Shown in pieces: positions 58,474-64,000 of a DNA stretch of 64,000 nucleotides. This stretch comes from a virus. Its lineage: Duplodnaviria > Caudoviricetes. The notes under the pieces were generated by a model that was not told the DNA's origin, made no database searches, and worked only from the letters and a program-made list of their open reading frames with translations. The stretch is taken from positions 10,290-74,289 of the IMG/VR virus record IMGVR_UViG_2834293421_000001. The stretch is one strand, 5' to 3'. The number at the start of each line of letters is the position of its first letter. The first letter of the stretch is position 1. The position numbers and the translations under genes are program-made.

Positions 58474-61400
58474 TTGATACATTTACATGATAAAAACAAG
58501 AAAAAAATAGCTGGTTTAATAGATTATAAAGATTTATTTATAGAAAGTGAGTTGCATAGTGGAGAAAAGACACTCTGTTTTTATTATCCTAAAAAGGCAA
58601 ATTACTATTTTGATATAGTGGAAGAGTGCTATATAAGGACCAAAGAAAATGAATATATAGTTAAAGAAAGAATTGTCCAAAGTGAATATACTGAATTTAA
58701 ATGTATTTTAAATTTAGAGGATATAGAAGGTAAGCCTTTTTCAAAGTTTGAAAGTAAAGAACAAACAATTAATAAAGCCTTAGCTCTTGCTTTAGCTGGT
58801 ACTGGTTGGGTTGTAGGTAAGTGCGATTTAAAGAAAAAGAGAACTGTTAGAATGACTAACTGCTCTAGTTTGGAAATCGTACAAGAAATTAAAAAAATAT
58901 ATAGATGTGATATAGTTTTTAACACTCTATCTAAAACCATAGATGTATATGAACACCTAGGAGAAGACAAAGGAACTTACTTTATAGATTCTTTAAATCT
59001 AAAATCTTTATCTATTCAAGGTAGTTCTTATGGTTACTTTACAAGATTAATTCCTATCGGAAAAGATGATTTAAAGATTACTGATATAAATGATAAAAAA
59101 GAATACGTAGAAAACTATCAGTATTCTAATAAAATTAAAACTGCATATTGGATAGATGATAGGTATACCGTTAAAGAGCATCTTAAAGATGATGCTCTAG
59201 CCAAATTAAATGAAATATCAAAACCCTTTAGATCTTATTCTGCTGCAATTTTAAATTTAGCAAAACTTAATGATAAATATAAAAATATTTTGGATTATAA
59301 GTTAGGAGATACAATAACTCTTATATCTAAAGAAGATAAATTTAAAGATAAACAAAGAATAGTTAAAATAATAGAGTTTCCAGATAAACATGATAAAGAT
59401 AGTGTAGAACTTGCTAATACTACCTTATGCTTTGAAGATATTCAAACGCAGTTTCAAGAAGCAGCTGACACAGTAGAAAATATAACTACTGATAATGGAA
59501 CTGTAAAGGGTTCTACTATAGATGGTATAGAGACAAGTCAAATAAAAGATTTCTACAAAGAAGTTATAGAAGCTACAAACATTAAAGCTATAAATGCAAA
59601 AATAATTAATTTAGAAGCTCAAGATGTTACTATATCTGGCCAATTAACTGCGGTTAACGCTCAAATAGGAAGCCTTACAACTAATGTTGCTACTATAGAT
59701 AAATTAGTTGTAAAACATGATGCGTCTATAACTAATTTAAATGCAAATAAAGCCAGTATAACAGATTTAAATGCAACAAATGCAACTATACAAGTATTAG
59801 AAGCTAATGTCGGTAATATACGAACTCTTGTAAATGGAAATTTATCTAGTGAAAATATACAGGTAAGCGGTATTACTGGGGATAGGTTAAATATGAAAAC
59901 TATATTTGTTGATGATGCAAATATAGTTAGTATAAATGCATCTAAAATTAATGCAGGAGAAATAAGCACTAACAAAGTAAAAATTAAATCTGATGATGGT
60001 GGAATTGAAATTATAGGAACTACTTTACAATTTAAGGATAAAAGTAATAAAGTTAGAATCCAAATGGGAAAAGACACTAAAGATAATTTTAATTTTATTA
60101 TTAGAGGTGAAGATGGACAAAGTGTATTAATAGATCATACTGGAGTAAAAGAAAAAGCTATAGCTGATGATTTGATAAAATCTAATATGATTGCTGGTAA
60201 TTCAGTAGGAGAAAAACAAATAGATTACTCTAGTTTCTCAGAAGGATTTAATAAAGATACAAATACACATACATTAAAAGCAACAAAAATTAAATTAAAT
60301 AGTCAGAATCAAACTTTAGATGTTGCTTTTAATCAGTTAAAAACACAAGCAGATGAAAATAAAACCACAACTGAAAGTAATAGTACAACTATAGGTGTTA
60401 TGCAAGGTCAAATTAATACTGCTATAAATAATACTAAAATAATTAAAGATGGTAAAACAGTCTTACTTAAAGATGATTATAACCGAACTATAGAGACGAT
60501 AGATTCTCTTAAATCTACTATAGGAAGTCATACAACTAAAATTAATGAACAAACTGGAAAAATTAATAATGTTGAAACTAAAGTAAATATAGTTGAAAGA
60601 GATTTAAATGGTATAACTCAAAAAGTTAGTAATACAGAAATTAGTATAACTTCATTAAATGATAAAGTTAACAACATACAAATAGGAGATAGAAACTTAT
60701 TATTAAACTCAGCTATAAAAATAAATACATCGAGCTATTATATGGCTGCATATGACTTTGGATATGAAAAACCTAAACATGATGAAGTGGTAACCCTAGT
60801 AATTAAAGGTGAGCTTAATTCTAAAAAAGAAGCTTTTGGTATTTTTAATACTGATAGTAATAGCAACTATGTAACTTTAATAACCCATAAAGATATAAAT
60901 TCAGATGGACTATATATTAAAACATTTAAATGGTTAACTAAGTTTGGTAATATAGAAAAAACCAATTTAGGTTTATTGATATATGCAATTAGCTCAAATA
61001 TTACTGCCCCTTCATCTATAGATTGGATCAAATTAGTTAGTGGTAATAAAACATCAAATAACTGGAATCCAGCTCCTGAAGATTATCAAAATGAAATAAC
61101 TACTACTAATAATAAGTTAGCAAGTATAGAAACTAATTTATCTAGCATAACCAGTAGAGTCAGTTCTGTGGAAACAACTAATGCTAATATAAATGGACAA
61201 GTGTCTAATTTAAGTACAAGAATGAATGTTGCAGAGCAAAAGATAACAGATGCTTATATAATAAGTACTGTAAGTTCTCAATTTTATAAAAAAGGAGAAA
61301 CTGATTCAAAGTATGCTAGTAAATCTCAAATCACTCAATTAGATAATAAAATAAGTTTAAAAATTGATGTGGATGGTGTTATATCTAGTATAAATCAAAC

Positions 61401-62478
61401 TTCAGAATCAATTAAAATAAAAGCATCTAAGATAGATATAGCTGGAGCTACCACAATAGGTAATGCCGTAAATGGTAGATATGTAGAAATCCAAAATGAA
61501 ACATTTAGAGTTAAGAATGGAAACACAGCTTGTATACACTTAGGTTACAGAACTTGGCAAGGATATACGGGAGTTCCCGAGTTTTTAATGGGGCATGATG
61601 GTTTTATTTACTCTGAACAACAAGGAGCTCCATACTCTGGAACATACTTTGGAATGAGTACTTTTGGCAATGATAAGAATCCAGAAAAGACTAAACCTTA
61701 CCATAGTATTTATTATCGTTCAAGAACTCGTGCGGATGAAACTCAATTAAATTTTTATGAAGATGGTAGAACTAGAATAAAAAGCATGGGAGAGTTTTCG
61801 CTTATAGCTGATAAAAATACATGGATTCAAGCAAGTAAATCCGGTTTAGTATTCAAAAATGGTTTTCAATCTTTTTCAGATGCTAAGATAGACGGGAATT
61901 TAGTTCTGAATAAAAATATCCTAACGAATGGACAAATTTACACAAAAGACTTAAAACAAGGATTTGGTATAGAACAATATTGGGGTAAAGATGAATATAT
62001 GCTTAGGAAGATGACTATAAACCCCATGGACCTTGGATATGATACTCCAGAAAGCCGATTTAGAACTATATATGCTTCTAATGGAATTATAAATACTTCA
62101 GATGCACGATTGAAGAAAAATATAAAGCCTATACAAGATGTGAATATAGTTCCTTATAATTTTCCTGTGCTTGTTCAGTTACCACCAAGTGAAGTACTTA
62201 CCAAAATTGATTATTATAACTTTGTAAAAGAAATGCCTTTCTATACTTATGATTATATATCTGCTGATGACTCAAACAGATCACTTCACAATGTTGGATT
62301 TATAGCGCAAGATATAGCAAAACATCCAGTAGGTAAAGAATTTATTTTTAAGGACAAAGCAAATATGTATCAATACAACGAAAAAAGTTATGTAGGAGTT
62401 TTAGGAGTAGCATTACAAAAAGCTATTTATGAAATAGAAAAATTAAAATTAAAAATACAACAATTAAAAGCTAGTTAA
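58474..62478 (+). CDS. Tail spike/fibre with endopeptidase-like N-terminus and C-terminal intramolecular chaperone (S74)
   Basis: TRLIPIGKD, LGDT, GDRNLL...WNPAPED module, SDARLKKNI...GFIAQD. Confidence 0.88.
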   Translation: MIHLHDKNKKKIAGLIDYKDLFIESELHSGEKTLCFYYPKKANYYFDIVEECYIRTKENEYIVKERIVQSEYTEFKCILNLEDIEGKPFSKFESKEQTINKALALALAGTGWVVGKCDLKKKRTVRMTNCSSLEIVQEIKKIYRCDIVFNTLSKTIDVYEHLGEDKGTYFIDSLNLKSLSIQGSSYGYFTRLIPIGKDDLKITDINDKKEYVENYQYSNKIKTAYWIDDRYTVKEHLKDDALAKLNEISKPFRSYSAAILNLAKLNDKYKNILDYKLGDTITLISKEDKFKDKQRIVKIIEFPDKHDKDSVELANTTLCFEDIQTQFQEAADTVENITTDNGTVKGSTIDGIETSQIKDFYKEVIEATNIKAINAKIINLEAQDVTISGQLTAVNAQIGSLTTNVATIDKLVVKHDASITNLNANKASITDLNATNATIQVLEANVGNIRTLVNGNLSSENIQVSGITGDRLNMKTIFVDDANIVSINASKINAGEISTNKVKIKSDDGGIEIIGTTLQFKDKSNKVRIQMGKDTKDNFNFIIRGEDGQSVLIDHTGVKEKAIADDLIKSNMIAGNSVGEKQIDYSSFSEGFNKDTNTHTLKATKIKLNSQNQTLDVAFNQLKTQADENKTTTESNSTTIGVMQGQINTAINNTKIIKDGKTVLLKDDYNRTIETIDSLKSTIGSHTTKINEQTGKINNVETKVNIVERDLNGITQKVSNTEISITSLNDKVNNIQIGDRNLLLNSAIKINTSSYYMAAYDFGYEKPKHDEVVTLVIKGELNSKKEAFGIFNTDSNSNYVTLITHKDINSDGLYIKTFKWLTKFGNIEKTNLGLLIYAISSNITAPSSIDWIKLVSGNKTSNNWNPAPEDYQNEITTTNNKLASIETNLSSITSRVSSVETTNANINGQVSNLSTRMNVAEQKITDAYIISTVSSQFYKKGETDSKYASKSQITQLDNKISLKIDVDGVISSINQTSESIKIKASKIDIAGATTIGNAVNGRYVEIQNETFRVKNGNTACIHLGYRTWQGYTGVPEFLMGHDGFIYSEQQGAPYSGTYFGMSTFGNDKNPEKTKPYHSIYYRSRTRADETQLNFYEDGRTRIKSMGEFSLIADKNTWIQASKSGLVFKNGFQSFSDAKIDGNLVLNKNILTNGQIYTKDLKQGFGIEQYWGKDEYMLRKMTINPMDLGYDTPESRFRTIYASNGIINTSDARLKKNIKPIQDVNIVPYNFPVLVQLPPSEVLTKIDYYNFVKEMPFYTYDYISADDSNRSLHNVGFIAQDIAKHPVGKEFIFKDKANMYQYNEKSYVGVLGVALQKAIYEIEKLKLKIQQLKAS

Positions 62479-62511
62479 TTTTAACTTTTTATATAAAATT
62501 TAGGAGGATAT

Positions 62512-62808
62512 ATGAATATAGAGATTACTTTATTCTGTACTATAGCTGGTGCCATGTTAGGCTATATGAGCTATAAAAAGAAAAATGAAAAAGACATAGA
62601 AAATGATGCATCTCAAAAAACTGTAGTTGCTACAAAGTTAGATTATATAAGTAAAGGAGTTGATGACATAAGGCTTGATATAAAAGCTCAAGATACAAAA
62701 ATAAACACTGTTGTAGAAAGACTTATAAAGGTAGAGGAGAGTACAAAATCAGCACACCATAGGTTAGATTCATTAAAAATAAAAGGAGATGGTTTAAATG
62801 AAAAATAG
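62512..62808 (+). CDS. Lysis-associated membrane protein
   Basis: N-terminal TM; VEESTKSAHHRLD. Confidence 0.75.
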   Translation: MNIEITLFCTIAGAMLGYMSYKKKNEKDIENDASQKTVVATKLDYISKGVDDIRLDIKAQDTKINTVVERLIKVEESTKSAHHRLDSLKIKGDGLNEK

Positions 62809-63016
62809 AATAAAAAATCCATATTTTTGGCTAGGATTGGGTGGTGTTATATTTAGTGCCGCTGGAGTAGATTTTAAGACTTTAACAAGTTGGAATCTTT
62901 TAGGTAATGCCTTATTAGATATATTAGCTAATCCAGTTGCAGTTGTTGCTGTTGCAGCTGCAGTTATAGGTGTAGTTGTAGATCCATCTACAAAAGGATT
63001 AAAAGATAATAAATAA
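62798..63016 (+). CDS. Holin (phi LC3-like)
   Basis: RIKNPYFW...VVDPSTKGLKD. Confidence 0.88.
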   Translation: MKNRIKNPYFWLGLGGVIFSAAGVDFKTLTSWNLLGNALLDILANPVAVVAVAAAVIGVVVDPSTKGLKDNK

Positions 63017-63112
63017 GAAAAACTAAATTAATAAAAGGCAGTAAATTAGACTCATTGAAGTCTTTTTTTATTGCCTTTTTAAATATAAAAATAAATTTTT
63101 GGAGGTATTGAA

Positions 63113-64000
63113 ATGTTAAATATAAAAAGAAAAATAAGTCCATATAACCACTATGAAGGAAATAACGTAGAATATATTGTAATTCATTATACTGGTAACA
63201 TAAACGATACTGCAAAAAATAATGCTGATTATTTTTATGGAGGTAATAGAAATGCATCAGCCCATTACTTTGTAGATGATAATGAAATATATCAAGTAGT
63301 AGAAGATTATAACGGTGCTTGGCATTGTGGAGATGGTCATAATAGATATGAAATAAATAATAGAAATTCTATAGCCATAGAAATGTGTGGAACTGATAAC
63401 GGAAGAATATCAGAAAAAACAGTAGAAAATACTTTAGAATTAACAAAACTCATTATGAAAAAATATGGTATAGATACAGATCACGTTGTAAGACACTATG
63501 ACGCCTCTAGAAAAGATTGTCCATCTGCTTTTCATGATAACAATTGGGCTAGATGGTGGAATTTTAAAAATAGATTGTCAGATGGTTCAATAAACTCATC
63601 AACTAATTCAATAACTAAAAATATTGATGTAACGTATCAAGTTCATGCAAAAGGAAAATGGCTACCTAATGTAACTAATTTAAATGACTATGCAGGTATC
63701 TTTGGGAAACCAATACAAGCAATATACGTTAGTTTAAATGAAGGTAGTATAAGATACAGAGTTCATACTATAGATGGTAAATGGTTGCCTTGGGTTACTG
63801 ATAGACAAGATTATGCTGGTATATTAAGTAAAAATATAGATGGTTTAGAAATGCAATTAGTAGGATTAGATAATTATAGCGTTCAATATAGAGCATATGT
63901 AGGGAGTAGATGGCTACCTTGGGTTACTGATTTAACTGATTACGCTGGTATATATGGTAAACCTATAGAAGGAATACAAGTGCAAGTTATAAGAAAATAA
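63113..64000 (+). CDS. Endolysin: Amidase_2 with C-terminal wall-binding repeats
   Basis: IVIHYT, SAHYFVD, AWHCG, RHYD...KDCP. Confidence 0.93.
   Translation: MLNIKRKISPYNHYEGNNVEYIVIHYTGNINDTAKNNADYFYGGNRNASAHYFVDDNEIYQVVEDYNGAWHCGDGHNRYEINNRNSIAIEMCGTDNGRISEKTVENTLELTKLIMKKYGIDTDHVVRHYDASRKDCPSAFHDNNWARWWNFKNRLSDGSINSSTNSITKNIDVTYQVHAKGKWLPNVTNLNDYAGIFGKPIQAIYVSLNEGSIRYRVHTIDGKWLPWVTDRQDYAGILSKNIDGLEMQLVGLDNYSVQYRAYVGSRWLPWVTDLTDYAGIYGKPIEGIQVQVIRK

Larger units (their letters stand above)
31549..64000 (+). mobile_element. Prophage 2: cos-type HK97-like siphovirus
   Basis: Integrase, immunity, replication, packaging, head, tail and lysis modules; right end outside window. Confidence 0.95.

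Noticed and set aside
6513-60077. Numerous short antisense ORFs within structural genes
   Set aside because: Fully overlap well-supported phage genes; typical codon-bias shadows

Overview
Very AT-rich Clostridium-like chromosomal segment made almost entirely of two tandem temperate siphophages separated by only ~2.6 kb of host DNA. Prophage 1 (<1 to ~28958) shows late-control, pac-type/A118-like head, tail, lysis and cargo modules; its integrase lies outside the window. It ends at a junction that truncates an ABC substrate-binding lipoprotein gene (YtlA-like). Prophage 2 (~31549 to >64000) runs from a large serine integrase through ImmA/ImmR, replication, late control, cos/HK97-type head and tail to lysis. 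It is inserted in the ATPase gene of the same ABC transporter. The two phages have unrelated virion modules but share a closely related AbrB-ArpU-structured RNA cassette containing a tRNA-like element with no proper anticodon loop. Best leads: (1) this tRNA-like leader RNA; (2) one apparently sigmaK-controlled transporter interrupted twice, suggesting sporulation-coupled excision; (3) forespore-type promoters on phage morons and small RNAs; (4) candidate defence/toxin cargo. All family names are from recognising motifs by eye; no database search was run.
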